A stretch of DNA of 64,000 nt from Candidatus Bathyarchaeota archaeon (GCA_963714275.1 CAVQNT010000003.1:160001-224000); one strand, 5' to 3'; positions 1 to 12,592 are shown, numbered from the stretch's first letter. Numbers and translations are program-made. Notes: generated by a model not told the origin, from the letters alone.

Positions 1-10
1 TTTGGTGACT

Positions 11-973
11 ATGATGAAAGTTTCCGTTTGGAGCGGTAACCTTTCGGACTCCTACCTTAAATTGGTAACACATCTAGGAGCGGACTGCATTGACTTTAAC
101 CGAGGAACCGATCTTACCAGCGACAAAAAGAAGGGTTACCCAGACCTTGAGAATGTTCTAAAGATAAAGGAGAGAATCCGCTCCTTTGGGTTAGAAGTGA
201 ACCGCGTAACCTTGCCAGACATAACGGAAAAGTTCATGAAGAACCAGAAGGGCGGAGACGACGAGCTCGACAATACGTGCCGAGCTTTGAAGGCTTTTGG
301 CGAAGCTGAGGTTCCACTGGCAAGGCAACGGTTCGCAGGTGAAACCGTCGAATGGGCTTTAACCCATTATAGATCTGTGCATCGAGGTGGATATTTTTCT
401 CGTGGAGAAAGGTTCGATTCAAGCAGGCTTCAACAGGAAGCCTTAACGAAAGAAGAAACAGAAGACTGGTGGCGTCGCTTCCACCTTGTCTACGAACGCC
501 TGGTTCCAATCGCAGAAGAACATAACGTCAAACTTGCCATTCACCCGTCTGACCCGCCTTTGCCGGGTGCACCTTTAGACACTTCAGGATTCAACCGCGT
601 CATTAAGGAGTTTCCTAGCAGAGTCGTAGGCTACATTTATTGTTGTGGAACCAGAGGAGAAGCAGGCGGCTTACCATTGGTTCTGAATGAGATACGCAAC
701 TATGGCCGCGAGGGTCGCATCTTTCAAGTTCACTTCCGTAACATCAAAGGCAACTTACCCTCATCAAGCGGGTTTGAGGAGACGCTTCTCGACGACGGAA
801 ACATGAGCATGTTCAGAATCCTCCAAGCGTTAAAGGAAGCTAATTTTGACGGCTGCCTTAACCCAGACCACATTCCAACAGTTGAAGGAGACGGAAAACA
901 GGTGCACCACGGACTTGCCTACTCAGTCGGATACATCAAAGCCCAAATAGCAGCATTAGAAGCCATGAAATAA
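11..973 (+). CDS. uxuA: Mannonate dehydratase (UxuA) family protein
   Basis: Motifs HPSDPP, HFRNIKG, ETLLDDG, PDHIP and AYSVGYIKA; ATG at 11 or 14. Confidence 0.8.
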   Translation: MMKVSVWSGNLSDSYLKLVTHLGADCIDFNRGTDLTSDKKKGYPDLENVLKIKERIRSFGLEVNRVTLPDITEKFMKNQKGGDDELDNTCRALKAFGEAEVPLARQRFAGETVEWALTHYRSVHRGGYFSRGERFDSSRLQQEALTKEETEDWWRRFHLVYERLVPIAEEHNVKLAIHPSDPPLPGAPLDTSGFNRVIKEFPSRVVGYIYCCGTRGEAGGLPLVLNEIRNYGREGRIFQVHFRNIKGNLPSSSGFEETLLDDGNMSMFRILQALKEANFDGCLNPDHIPTVEGDGKQVHHGLAYSVGYIKAQIAALEAMK

Positions 974-1006
974 ACAATCTTTCCAGAACAAAGAATTGTC
1001 AGTGTT

Positions 1007-1171
1007 TGCGCCCCAAAACAACAGAAATATTGCGCCGCAAATCAGACAGGTCTTCAACATCGACGGCTATTAATATGCAAACGGAAAATCCTATTGTCAC
1101 ACAAAACAGACAGCCTCCCGAAAACAGCAAATGATGTTCAAACAGCAAAAACTGTTGATGAACAAATCAGA
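1007..1171 (+). repeat. Three tandem copies of a 40-bp bipartite dispersed repeat (1007-1046, 1071-1110, 1132-1171)
   Basis: Each unit is two ~13-16 bp halves 24 bp apart, ending CAAA(A/T)CAGA; strong similarity to 41255-41458. Confidence 0.8.
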
Positions 1172-1238
1172 TAGTAGAAACTTGGGTTTTTATCGTATGG
1201 AAAATCCACAAAAAAATGTAATAGGTTTCTGAAGCTTT

Positions 1239-2672
1239 TTATAATGACGTGAAACTGGACACGTTGTCCATGACGGTGCTGATTCTGCTTAGGCTGTCAA
1301 AGACCACGTTAAGCCGATACGTGCTTTTCAGTGTGAGCTGAATCTGCCTCATTACGAAACGGGGAGACCAAAGAAAACTTTGGTAAAAATCACGCACCAT
1401 CTCCCTCATCTCGTTAAGAGACACAGCGTTGGGATAAACGTCTGAAACGCCGACTCCTCTCTCCCAATACTTGTCTTCGTCTATGAGACCCTTCTCCTTG
1501 AACTCCTGCCAAATATTGTCACCAGGAAAAGCGCCCAAAACGTTGATTTGGGGAATGTCGAGATTCAACCCTTTCACGAAATTGAGGGTCTTTTGAATGT
1601 CCGCCTTCGTTTCGTTAGGAGCGCCAATAATGAACGAGCCAACTATGAGGTCCATTCCCGCCTTCCTCGCCTTCTTCACGGCTTCCATGGACTGCTGCAG
1701 AGTCGTCCGCTTATTGTAATAGTCAAGAACCTTCTGGATACCGCTTTCAATCCCGAAATACATCATTCGGCAACCCGCCTTTACCATCCCCCGAAACATG
1801 TCATAAGAAGACTGGTCAACCCTTCCCTCGCATATCCATTCCACGTCGATTTTTTCCTTCCTTATCCTCCGGCAAAGCTCCACCACCCTTTTACGGTTCA
1901 AAGTGAAGTTGTCGTCAACAAACATTATTTGCTTGTAACCCTCGCTGGCTAAAAGGTGAAGCTCCTCCAAAACGTTTTCGACAGACCTTGCCCTCCAGAT
2001 GCTATGGGCGATGCTGGAGCAGCAACAGAAACGGCACTTGAACATGCACCCTCGGGAAGAAAGGAAACTGGTAAACTTCTTTGGCGCCACGTTAATCCCG
2101 ACGGTCGTGTTGTGGTACTCGTTGTCCAAAAGGCTCCGTTCGGGAAAAGGTAACGAATCAACGTCCTTTATCAATGGCCTGTCCGGGTTCGAAACAACAC
2201 GATTGTTGTGTCTAAAGGTGACCCCCCAAACATCTTTGAGATTCCTTTTTTCCTTAAGACGAGTCACAAGTTCAAGGCAGGTTTGCTCGCCCTCGCCCCT
2301 AACGACAACATTCACGAAAGGGTACTTCCTGAGAATCCTTTCAGCATTAAAGGTCGCATGATGGTTCCCGAAAACAACGACGATGTCAGGATTCGCCTTT
2401 TTGGCTTCCTCCGCGATTTTAGGCGCCGTCAAACTGGAACTAACAAGCACGGACAAGCCGAGGACATCAGGATCTTCTTTTTTGACCCAATCAACAACCC
2501 TCTTAACGGAGATTTTTTCAGCCGCATGATCTAACACGGACGCCTCTATTCCCCTGCTTCTCAGCGTCGAGGCTAAATATAAAATCCCAAGGGGAGGACA
2601 CGCAGCAGTCATGGTGTTCTCGCCCTCTAGAAGAGACCCGTTAGGGCCAGGATTTACGAAAGTAACTTTCAT
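1239..2672 (-). CDS. B12-binding domain radical SAM protein (class B methyltransferase-like)
   Basis: PPLGILYLA N-terminus, SRGCMFKCRFC CxxxCxxC motif, FVDDNF, GIESG. Confidence 0.9.
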   Translation of the reverse strand: MKVTFVNPGPNGSLLEGENTMTAACPPLGILYLASTLRSRGIEASVLDHAAEKISVKRVVDWVKKEDPDVLGLSVLVSSSLTAPKIAEEAKKANPDIVVVFGNHHATFNAERILRKYPFVNVVVRGEGEQTCLELVTRLKEKRNLKDVWGVTFRHNNRVVSNPDRPLIKDVDSLPFPERSLLDNEYHNTTVGINVAPKKFTSFLSSRGCMFKCRFCCCSSIAHSIWRARSVENVLEELHLLASEGYKQIMFVDDNFTLNRKRVVELCRRIRKEKIDVEWICEGRVDQSSYDMFRGMVKAGCRMMYFGIESGIQKVLDYYNKRTTLQQSMEAVKKARKAGMDLIVGSFIIGAPNETKADIQKTLNFVKGLNLDIPQINVLGAFPGDNIWQEFKEKGLIDEDKYWERGVGVSDVYPNAVSLNEMREMVRDFYQSFLWSPRFVMRQIQLTLKSTYRLNVVFDSLSRISTVMDNVSSFTSL

Positions 2673-2859
2673 GGCTGTAAGCTCTTAAGAGTTTTTTACG
2701 TATTCTCCTATTTTAGCTAGCTAACTTAGCTAGAGCACGTATAAAATCTTCTTTCAACATATGAGTATTTCATTTTTCGTCAGCAAGGTCCATAGATTGC
2801 AGACTTAAGGTTTTGTGCCATTCTAAAAAGCTTTCAAAAAAACATTTCTCCCATTTTTA

Positions 2860-2899
2860 TGTTAAGCAAAACTGAAAAAGGTTTGTTACACAAATCAGA
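2860..2899 (+). repeat. Single copy of the 40-bp bipartite repeat
   Basis: TGTTAAGCAAAAC-TGAAAAAGGTT-TGTTACACAAATCAGA. Confidence 0.75.
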
Positions 2900-3060
2900 T
2901 AGATTTCTAAATAAACGTGTTTTTTGTTTTAGGATTAGAACATCGACCCGAAACATACCAAAAAAGGGGATTTTATTTGAGTCAAGTCAAAATGGCTTAC
3001 AACAACAATGAAGCGCAATCCTATTCAAGTAAATTTCAATGTATGGTTCAAACATTACGT

Positions 3061-5017
3061 TTAATAGGGCAGCAACCAAGTAGACTTGCTCAGAAGGGTA
3101 ATTATTACAAGAACGGTTGAGACAACACCATCTCCAACCAAGAAGCCGATAGTGATGAACCCTTTATTTGACTCCCAGAACTCGCGACCCACCGTTTTCC
3201 CTATTATGTGCGAAACCAATGAGCCGATGAACATGGCGAGCCAAAAAGAAAATGAGGAAGGAGGTACTGCTGCAAGCATAGCAATTGCGTAATAAGGTCT
3301 ATGGAAAATAAGGTCAGAAATGAGGTAGAGACCCGTGGATATGCTGAATCCTGTCACCATGAAGTACGGTACCTGAAACTTTGCGAAACTAAGATCAAGC
3401 GTAAATTTCGGTCCGAAAAGGTTGCCTGTCCACAGCCAAGATTGCCAACGCCAGAAGTTCATGGCTTCCACCGGCCAGCCTGTAATCGTATATGTGTACG
3501 CGAATCCAGGTATTGGGTTGAGACGCCAAAAGACTGAGACGAAGATTAGGCTTCCAATAAGTCCCAGCACAATCAAAAGGAAATATACTTTAGTGTATTC
3601 TTTCACGTCCTCGTCGACCATTGAAGCCATAAGAAGCTGCTGAGTGACACCTGAACCGCCAAGAAACAGAAACATCTCCTGTGGCAAGAACCATATGTCT
3701 AATCCTCTGTATCCACTGTAATATATCATTGTTTCGCGGAGATAGGGGACGCTTCCACCAAACGTAACACCCGCTGAACGAGTCTGCAGAAGGGTTATCA
3801 CAAAGGAGATACCTAACGTAAAGACAACTGAGAGCCACAGTGGAAAACCGGGAACAAGAAGCATTGTCAAAAGAATGGCAGCTGACGACGTTGCTAAATA
3901 TATAAGAATCAGGTTTCTTCCATTAAGCCACCATTCAGTTGTTCCACCGAAGCTCCGTCCAATGCCTTTAAACGCCCTAATAACTGATTTGTACCTGATG
4001 AGAAGCGGTATCGTGGCAATGGCTAAACCCCATCCTATTGCGAAGCTGTTCCAGAAGTAAAGTGAAGACATGTTAGTTATCCACAGGACTCCTAAGTTTG
4101 GAGCCCATTTGATTTCAGCTGGCCAAAGGTTATTTATTGTAACGTAAGGGTTTCCTCCTAGGTATATTGCTGCTGACATCAATAATTGCGCAGCCGCGAG
4201 GTCCAAGGGGAAAAGGAACCCCCAAAGGTAATTCGTAGCGTCCAACGTAAATGAGAAGGAAGCCTCCTTTAAGCGAGTTTTCGATAATGGCCGTTAAATC
4301 TATTGGGTAACGTGGAACCAACGGAATCCCCAGTATTGAGGTCAACCCGTTTGATGCAAACCCGTAAAGTACTCCTCCAGTAATCGCCAGTGCAATGACC
4401 CGTATTTTGGGCATTTCTCTTTCTCCGAACGCCCTCATCGTTCTAGCATCCCACGTTGCTGCAGGAAAAGCAAGCTTTTCTTCTCGAACATATAGGCTAT
4501 AGGCCAAAAGTCCCAATGTATAATTGGCCACAGCAGACAGTAAAATGGGCACACATACGCTGGCTAAAATAGGTAATCCCCACGCTGGGTCAAAAAATGT
4601 TCGAGACAGCATGACCCTTTGGGCGTCCGCTCCTAGAGGAGAGAAGAAAGACGGAACTGCCGATTGAATCCCATAAATCCTGGCAATCTCGGAATTTGCG
4701 AAGTACTGGTTACGTAATAAATAGGCGAAATAGTAGCCAGTATTCATCAAGCCTACAGACTCAACAATCCTGATTATAAAAATTTCTTTAGAGCTAAGGG
4801 ATGCCCCCCAAAGCCTCGTTATTCCCACCCACAACAGTATAACTGTCCAGCTCATCATTCCTCCCCAAAACGGAAGCCCCCAAAGCCCATTCACAAGCCA
4901 ATTGTACACGATAGCGGGCTGTATAACAAAAATTAAGAAAACGAAGGCTAACATTGTACGCCATGTTAAGCCTTTTTGGGAACTGCCCGTTACTTTTATG
5001 CTGCTTTGCTCCTCCAT
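3061..5017 (-). CDS. OPT/YSL-superfamily-like polytopic membrane protein (~650 aa; frameshift near 4250)
   Basis: ORFs 4130..5017 and 3061..4245 overlap in different frames; many TM helices; GLTWRT N-terminus and EKLAFP motif. Confidence 0.7.
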
Positions 5018-8000
5018 GCTGCCATCGCCTTTTCAATATATTTCTTTTGATCGTCCTGCCGAAGGGCTCTCCAAATCAGGAACTGTTTACGAATTATGTC
5101 AAGTAACGCCTTGTTGGTAGTGGTCCAGATACTCTCCAATCCTTCAATTCTTTTTATTAAAATTTCAAAGCCATACCTGTCAGGCTGCTATTGGTCTACT
5201 AATGACGTTGAAGTCCTGGATCACTCCCGCGTCGAACGGCGACAACTGAAGCCTAGCACTCAGGACTTTTCTTTCGTCCTCTTGGGTCAGTTGCACTGGC
5301 TTCAAAAGCATGAATATTCCTGTTCTTTCAGTCGCAGAGGCTTCGAAAAACTCGCTGAGGAACCCTAGAACACCGATAGACTCGTCTGGTGTAGCGCTGA
5401 ATGGTAAACCTATACTCCAGAGGTCGCCTACAGGTTTGCTGCCAATTCTCCATTTTCTTAAAAGTGACGGCGTCACCATTTTTGAAGCCTTCGAAACAGG
5501 ATAGATCGAGGACAGCACAGTTGCTGCCATCATTATGCCCATCACGATGATGACGACTCCAGACGACACATTGGGTATCAAATCCTTTGGAAAAATGTGC
5601 AAGTTCGACAATAAAGATGTCACGCTAGCCCCAGTGAAGTAACCCAAGAAGCTTCCCAAGAAGGCAAGGGCCACACTTTCTGTTATAAAAATGGCTCCAA
5701 TATGGCGAGGTGACAGCCCAATTGTGCTCAACGTTCGAATCTCACGTGTTCTTTCAAAAACCGCGCTCAACATCATTGACAGCAGAGTAAGAGACGACAG
5801 AAACAAAGGAATAATCATGTTTTCTGCTCCGCTAAGCATATAGATGTCTCTTGTAGTTATTTGCTGTGCATTAGTTTCACCCTTTATTCCGTAAGACACA
5901 TCAAACTGCTGCAACGTAAGAACCATATCGAAGGCACGTTGTCCCAAATCACCCAATGTTAACGTCGTCGAGTTTGAACTGAGAGCGATTACATTGGGTT
6001 GAACATTGAAGTATTCTGTCGCAAAGTCGTAGGGAACTATGATTAATGAAGAAAGTCCTAGTGGAGAATACACACCTCCCAGACCAGATACTTGAGGGTC
6101 TGGAGGCAGAATTGCGTTTCTGTCCAAGTCTTTGGACAGGAGAGCGTTTCCTATATCTTCAAAAATAATACATCTCACGGTAACAGGAACCCCATAAATG
6201 TTAAGCTTAGTTCCATATGTGACGTTAATGCCTAAATCAATGCCCATTCTTTCAGCAAGCGTGTCCGTGATAATGATGGAATTTATCATCCCCGGTTCAA
6301 AGACGTCTCCTTGCCCAGGGACTCTTGCGCCCTCCAAAATTTTTGATTCTTCGAGCTGTCATTGCCAGCATACCTCTTACTGAAGAGGTAGTAGCGTTCC
6401 AAATTATGAACATGTTCTGCCCAGATGGATATATCCAAGCCCTAGGGTTTAATTGAAATTCAGATAATCCTTCCGAAGCAACATCCTTTATGGAAATCAG
6501 ATAGAGTTCTGATGTTGGATTGTATACGTTCGAAGCTGGTGGTATAGGTCTTGTTAGAAGCAGTCCTGTGTAAGTGGCGCTGCCTACTGATGATGTCCGC
6601 GGCTGGACCATAACTCCCATTGTTGTAAACAAAGTCATCGCTGAGACCGTTATAATGATTGTCGTTAAAGTCAATGCTGTCCGCATAGGTCTTTTCTTGA
6701 GGTTCTCAACTCCCATGGATAAAGCCGACATGATTAGACTTCCTCTTTCAATGTCAGATCGGTGAGAACCCAGAACTGATCGGCTTATTGCACTTATTGC
6801 CGTGTTAAACTCATCTAAGACTATGTAAAGCAACAGAAAAGAGAAAAGAATAACGGAGAGCCCGTCAATAAGCATCCAAACGTTTGAAGCGATTACATAA
6901 CCAGGATGAACTTGGCTAAGAGCTACGTTTGTTATAACGAAAAATACTATGATTGCTAACATCCTCTTTATTCCAGTTTCTCTGCCCAAGACCAGCTTTC
7001 CTAAGAAAACCACGAAGGCAGCGGAGAGGAAGAAGAAGAAAGTCGCCGTGTTTACGACATCGTATATTAACGCAAAGGACGAAACATAAGTGTTTGCTGC
7101 ATACAACCAGTAAGCGATGGAATACGAGTATAGTTTTCCGTTTTCACCGTTTTGGCGAGCTTCATCAGCCAACTGTTTTAAGTGATGCATCCCATCAAGA
7201 TACAGAACCATCTTAGCATTAGATGACATCTTTGACTCCAAGAAGCCGCCTCTTTGGTTCGCTAAATAATACATGTTTTCCACAGCATCAAAAATGGTTA
7301 GCACAGTGGTTTTTCTCTGAACTAGACTATACCCTTGTCCATCAGGGAACTTTTCAGAAGCGTTATTCAACACTGCAACCACTGTTCCTGATGATCTAAT
7401 GAGGATCTCCACATTCGTATCTGGTTGAGCGAAAACCATAGCTTCAGGTGTAAATTCCAACACGTCTCTCCAAACAAGGTAACTGTGAGAAACGAAGTTT
7501 AGGATATCAATACTTAGCGTTTGCGGACTTCCCATAGTCCACAGGTTTAGATAATCTATAAGCGCAATAGATGAAACATTAATAATAGGAACATAGCGGA
7601 ATCCATGCGCAGAATTATCAGAAAAACTTCTTGCCATTCTACCAGTACTCATTAGATATCCAACTCCCCCTGTTCCTGGAGTGGCTGTTGGAGGCTGCAG
7701 CTGATGACGCTGCACCAAAAAGAGTCCCTTGCCTTAATAACAGCGTACCAAAGGGGCCTGTGTCAGTGGCACATAAAACGTCCCCAGTTTCCGGGTCGAG
7801 AATATAGCCTTGAGCGTCAATGCCGCAACGAGGTCTAAGTCCTTTTATGACAACTTTGCCTTCTTCGTCTGGCTTTAGGACTACAGTGAACCCGATTCCT
7901 GGACTTAGGGATCCTGATGAAACGATTCCGCCTGAAGTTTGTACTGGTGCAACAGTGAATACTCCCGCAATCACTCCTAAGACAACTGCGCTTCTTGCGG

Positions 8001-9687
8001 ATCCAGTGCCTGCGGATGGGGTGAGTCCTGCGACGACTACGTTACCTGCTGGGTTACTGCTTGGTCCTACTGAAACAAAAAATAGTCCATTTTCGTTGGT
8101 ATACTTGTTGAAATTGTTTGTTGTCTTGTTATATGTTGCTAATTGAATTGTCACATCGACCAATCCATGGTCCGAGACGCCTGACAGGTCTGCTCTTCCA
8201 GGAGACAACTGACCAAAATTCGCAAAAAAACTGGCAGAATTATATAGGACAGGCCACAAGAAAACTACTTGTTTTTGTAAGTTTTGTTGTTGTACGTTAG
8301 CATAGGTGTCAAAAGGAGTGTATTGGTATATTCTGAAAGAATCCGTTGTGACGAAACCTAACCCTCCTCCATAACAAGTCTCAGTGAAAACTTCAGCCTC
8401 GAAATATTTTGGGAACGGTTCAAATGGAACAAATCCCACGATAAAATTTGGATAGGACCATTGTATTCCGTTAATCATGTGGGATTTTTGGTCCAACTGT
8501 TGTTCAAAGTCTGGGTAACCATCCGGTCTTACATTGAATATATCATCAAGCCAAGGAGCATAATATCGTAGGAACTGGGTAGGTCTATCATATTGGTACA
8601 TTGCCCCCGTTGCATATACTACAGTAATGTCGCTGTCACTGGCCAAGTCGAGAGAAAACATCATTTTAATTTTAGAACGCAATTCGCTGAAGTGACTGTC
8701 TATATATTCCCTGGCACCAGCTAGTCCTTGATAATGCCCTGCGAAGGCGACAAGCCAGACGGTTCTCTCGGGTCTAGACTCGGTAAGAAGCCTAGACAGT
8801 TCAAGAAGGAACGCAATACCCATTGAGTCAGTGGCACCAGGAGAAAGCTGTGGCACAATAGACCACGAGTCATAGTAAGCACCAATTATTACCACCTCAT
8901 TCCTTAAAGTCGGGTTGGTTCCTTCAATGACAGCCACAAGGTTTGATACGGTTTTTTCCTTCCAAACCATGCGGGAGTCAACCCAGATTTTCACCTCGCC
9001 TTGTTGATTTACAAGTTCTCTGAGCAGCGAAGCATTCTCTCCTCTGACATATAATCTTGGAAAATTAAGAGGAACACTGAATGTTTTTTGAACAGCTTCA
9101 ACACAACTTGTGCTATCTGGTTCTAGGAAAATCACTCCTTTAGCTCCAAAGGTAGCTGCGTTCTTCCAATACCACCTGTTATTAAAATCCATCAGAACAA
9201 AGGTTCCTTCAGGATTGAGACCGTCAAAATCCTCAGGAAGCCCTTGAGGTACATAAATTAAATTATCGCCCTCTTCGGGACTTTGATAGGGACACGGATT
9301 TATGTGATTTGGCCAAAGAGGATAAACCTGTATCTCAATTTTGCTCCCATTTGGCAACTGAACGGTTACAACTGCTTTCTCAGTGATAGGAGTCACTATG
9401 TCGAAAGATTCAGATCCCACGGTTAACCCGAGTGATTCCCAATAGTTCTTAATATAATCAGCAGCCTCGAAAAAGCCATCATACCCCGTTACACGAGAAC
9501 CAAAGCTTGTAAAAATTTGGATATGCTGAAGTACATTGTTGAAATCAAGTTCAGCGAGCCTGTCTACTCCAGTTTGCTGAATTGAGGCAGTTGACAAAGA
9601 TTGTTCTACTGTCCATGTTTGGGATGCAACAATCAAGATTAAGGTAAGAATCAACGGACATCGGAGAAGAACCTTTCGAACCATCAT
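4996..9687 (-). CDS. Giant fusion (~1560 aa): signal/TM, PA plus M28-peptidase-like domain, TM bundle, FtsX/MacB-like permease; 3 frameshifts (~7700, ~6340, ~5185)
   Basis: Joins ORFs 7639..9699, 6297..7718 and 5180..6337 plus a hand-translated tail (PDRYGFEILIKR...IRKQFLIWRAL...SKAA*). Motifs SRVTGYDG, GAYYDSWS, GATDSMG; FtsX signature FERTREIRTLSTIGLSP. Confidence 0.75.
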
Positions 9688-9786
9688 ATCACCTAACAAT
9701 TTTCCTCTCCGGATAGTTCGGTGTATTATACGACCATCGTGATGTTAATAAGACTTTTGCATTGTTGTGTTATTTTTTATTTAAAT

Positions 9787-9851
9787 GGTTAATCTTATAT
9801 ATATTTATAAATTATTATATATTTATAATTTTAAGCGGTTAATCTTATATA
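9787..9851 (+). promoter_or_regulatory. Duplicated 15-bp element GGTTAATCTTATATA in a divergent promoter region
   Basis: Exact copies at 9787-9801 and 9837-9851; each contains a TATA-like CTTATATA. Confidence 0.55.
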
Positions 9852-9896
9852 CAAAAAGAGAAGAGCTATTAAACACAAAAATAGAAGTGAAAGAAA

Positions 9897-11913
9897 ATGA
9901 CTGAAGAAGCTAAACGCGTTTTGACACCAAAATCGTGGGCAGCACTTATAGCGTTGTCTGTGGTCATGAGCTTCGTAGGTGTTCTAACATCGCCATATGG
10001 ACCTAGTTGGATGTTCTCAATGGTTCTAGGATCGTTTACAGCTCCAATTGTCGCATTGTTCATCGTGATGGTCATAGCCAAAATATCCAGCTCGTTCTCA
10101 AAATCCCTTACACCACAACTACTGGCACTAGTATACACTGTAACAGCAATGTCAGTTGTCTTCTGTTACAGCATGATTCCCTACGGTATAGTACACAACG
10201 CAGTTAATGCGCGACTGAACACGTTCGATTGGCACCCAGCTACATGGCTTGTTAAGGATAACTGGGTATTCGGTCCAACTAATCTCGCTACTGTAAATCC
10301 TATCTTGACTGGCGGAGCAGCAACACCTTGGGCTGACTGGTCACCATTCCTTGGTTGGTGGTTAGCATACACAATTTGCTGGCTAGTATTTTGGCTTGGA
10401 TGGATGGCGCTCTTAGAAGAACGATGGATTGAAGTTGAAAAACTTCCTTATCCAGCAGCTTTGACTGGCACAATGCAGATTACTATGGCAACTCAAAAAG
10501 AGAAAACTGAAGAAAGCCCAAGTTCCAAAATGTTCCTAATCGGCATCTTAATAGGAGTGATATTAGTCGTACCAATAGTCGCTCGTACACTTAGTTCAGC
10601 AGTACCTGACATCTACGGTTGGACTGCGGCTCCATACCTACCTTGGATGTTAGGAACCATCAGCCTCGGACAAATTCCTGCGGCAAGCGTTATTCCAGTA
10701 ATGGCCTTCCTACCAGTAAATCCGATGATCTACGCACTGTTCTACCTCTTCCCATTGAAGATACTGTTTTCAATGTGGGCTTTCTGCTTAGTTGGTGTAT
10801 TGATTCCAAGCCAGATTGCCTATTACGGCGGATACTACACTGCACTTGCGCAGACCGGTGACAGATTCCACGCATTCATGGATGGCGCACCATTCTTTTG
10901 GAATGATATATGGATAGGTTCCATTATAGGAATAGTTATCACATGGTTTGCCCTTAACTACTCGTACGTTGGAGGCTTGTTCAAGAAATCGGCTGAACCA
11001 GAGAAAAAGGCTGTTTCGCCATTATTAGGCTGGGCAATGGTTGGAGGCGCCACTGTAATGCTCATTGCTTTGCTCATTGTTGCAGGAACAAACCCATTAG
11101 GTAGCATTGTGATAGTGTTGACAATGTGGCTGTTATACCTGTCAATTATCAGGGTATACGGCTTCGGTGGTGTAGCTGGTACTGCTTGGGCATTCCCGAA
11201 CGACTGGACTCACTTAGGATTCCTGACAAAGTATATCTATACTCCTCCAGGATATGCTGGAAGTGCTTTGGCCTATACTCGTACTCCAGAGTTCACAACA
11301 ACAATGTGGTTGTCGAATAGATGGACAGGAGAAATAATGGCTGAGAACAACACACAATTTGGACTGGTTTTTGCTATTCCAATGTGTTACAAGGTTGCTT
11401 ATGACACAGGAACCCATCCAAAAGATGTCACAAAACTGATCCTAATATCAGGTATCCTATCAGCAGTCATAGGCTTCCCAACTGCAATATGGTTCAGCTA
11501 TACGGTCGGTGTAAACAACTGGCCAATGGGACAATTTGACGCTTGGTGGCATTGGACTTTCGATGCGCCTTGGGGAAATATTAACAGTGGTCTAGGAATC
11601 ATAGAACCAGCTTATCCTTATATGATTGCAGGTATTGTTCTGGTACTAGTATTAGGAGTCTTGAACTTCCGCTTCATCTGGTGGCCAATTGATCCCGCAG
11701 GTGTCACTCTCGGTTTAGGTGCAGCTGGAACTGGATGGCTTATGCCCGCTATAGTTGCATGGATTGCAAAAACATTGGTTCTAAGAACTGGTGGAACAAA
11801 GACTTAACGACCGAACAGTTTTGCCACTAATCATTGGACTGCTCGTAGGCTATTGGGTCATGATATTCGTCGGCGCTATGGGTGGCTTAATAAATTACTT
11901 CATTCCGAAGTAG
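9897..11913 (+). CDS. DUF6785/DUF6784-like (OPT-related) polytopic membrane protein; frameshift near 11805
   Basis: ERWIEVEKLPYP and FIWWPIDPAG motifs; removing one base extends the ORF to GGTKTYDRTVLPLIIGLLVGYW...IPK*. Confidence 0.7.
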
Positions 11914-11928
11914 TCTCCCACAACCCCC

Positions 11929-11960
11929 TTTCTTTTTTTTCTTTTTCTTTTTTTTATTTA
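11929..11960 (+). terminator. Archaeal oligo-T terminator
   Basis: Long T-tracts directly after the stop codon at 11913. Confidence 0.6.
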
Positions 11961-12120
11961 TTTCAGTGTACAATAGATTATTTTCATTTAAAAAAAAGAG
12001 TCGAAGTTTTTTCTTTCAATAAATTATCTATTTTTACCTTAGATTGTATGATTCTATATTAAAAATGAACCAATTTTTATAGTTCGTTTTTTTGTAGGTT
12101 CAACGAATGAGTTCACTTAA

Positions 12121-12498
12121 TTATTTGTTTTTTCTTCCGTGCAAATGGGACCTATTTAGGTTTTTATTATGTTTCTTTATGACTTCATCTTCAAGGTTTA
12201 TTCCCCAGACTTCACATAAATTAACAAGTCTTATGAAAATGTCGGCAAGCTCCTCAGCGAATCCTTCAACGTCATTGTCTCGGATTGCTTCAGAGGCTTC
12301 GCCTACTTCACTGTGTATCCTTAAAAGCATTGTATCAACGTCCTTTTTAACCCAAGAAAAACCCTTGGAAACTGCCCACTCAGTGACTATTTGTTGCCAG
12401 TCTTTAATGCTTCTTAAAGACCCGTTTGGAACATAGTGCACAATTTTACCTCCTACATACGGTTTGTCTCGTTTAGCAATATTTAAGACATGTCGCAA
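12121..12498 (-). CDS. MazG-like nucleotide pyrophosphohydrolase
   Basis: SEVGEASEA...EELADIF all-alpha NTP-PPase motif; true start uncertain. Confidence 0.8.
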   Translation of the reverse strand: MRHVLNIAKRDKPYVGGKIVHYVPNGSLRSIKDWQQIVTEWAVSKGFSWVKKDVDTMLLRIHSEVGEASEAIRDNDVEGFAEELADIFIRLVNLCEVWGINLEDEVIKKHNKNLNRSHLHGRKNK

Positions 12499-12592
12499 AA
12501 CCGTTTTAAATATACTTAAGCTGAAAACGAAACATCTGCAGAAATCTTAAGAATTAAGGTCAGCATAAACATATCAAAGAAGATGTGTTGGT

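Noticed and set aside
1007-1171. CRISPR array interpretation of the tandem 40-bp units
   Set aside because: Units differ from each other, spacers are irregular and mostly short (~21-63 bp), there are only three per locus, and no cas genes are present
2860-2899. Integron attC site (GTTAAGC fits GTTRRRY)
   Set aside because: No complementary RYYYAAC arm or hairpin; the element is a direct repeat and other copies break the consensus
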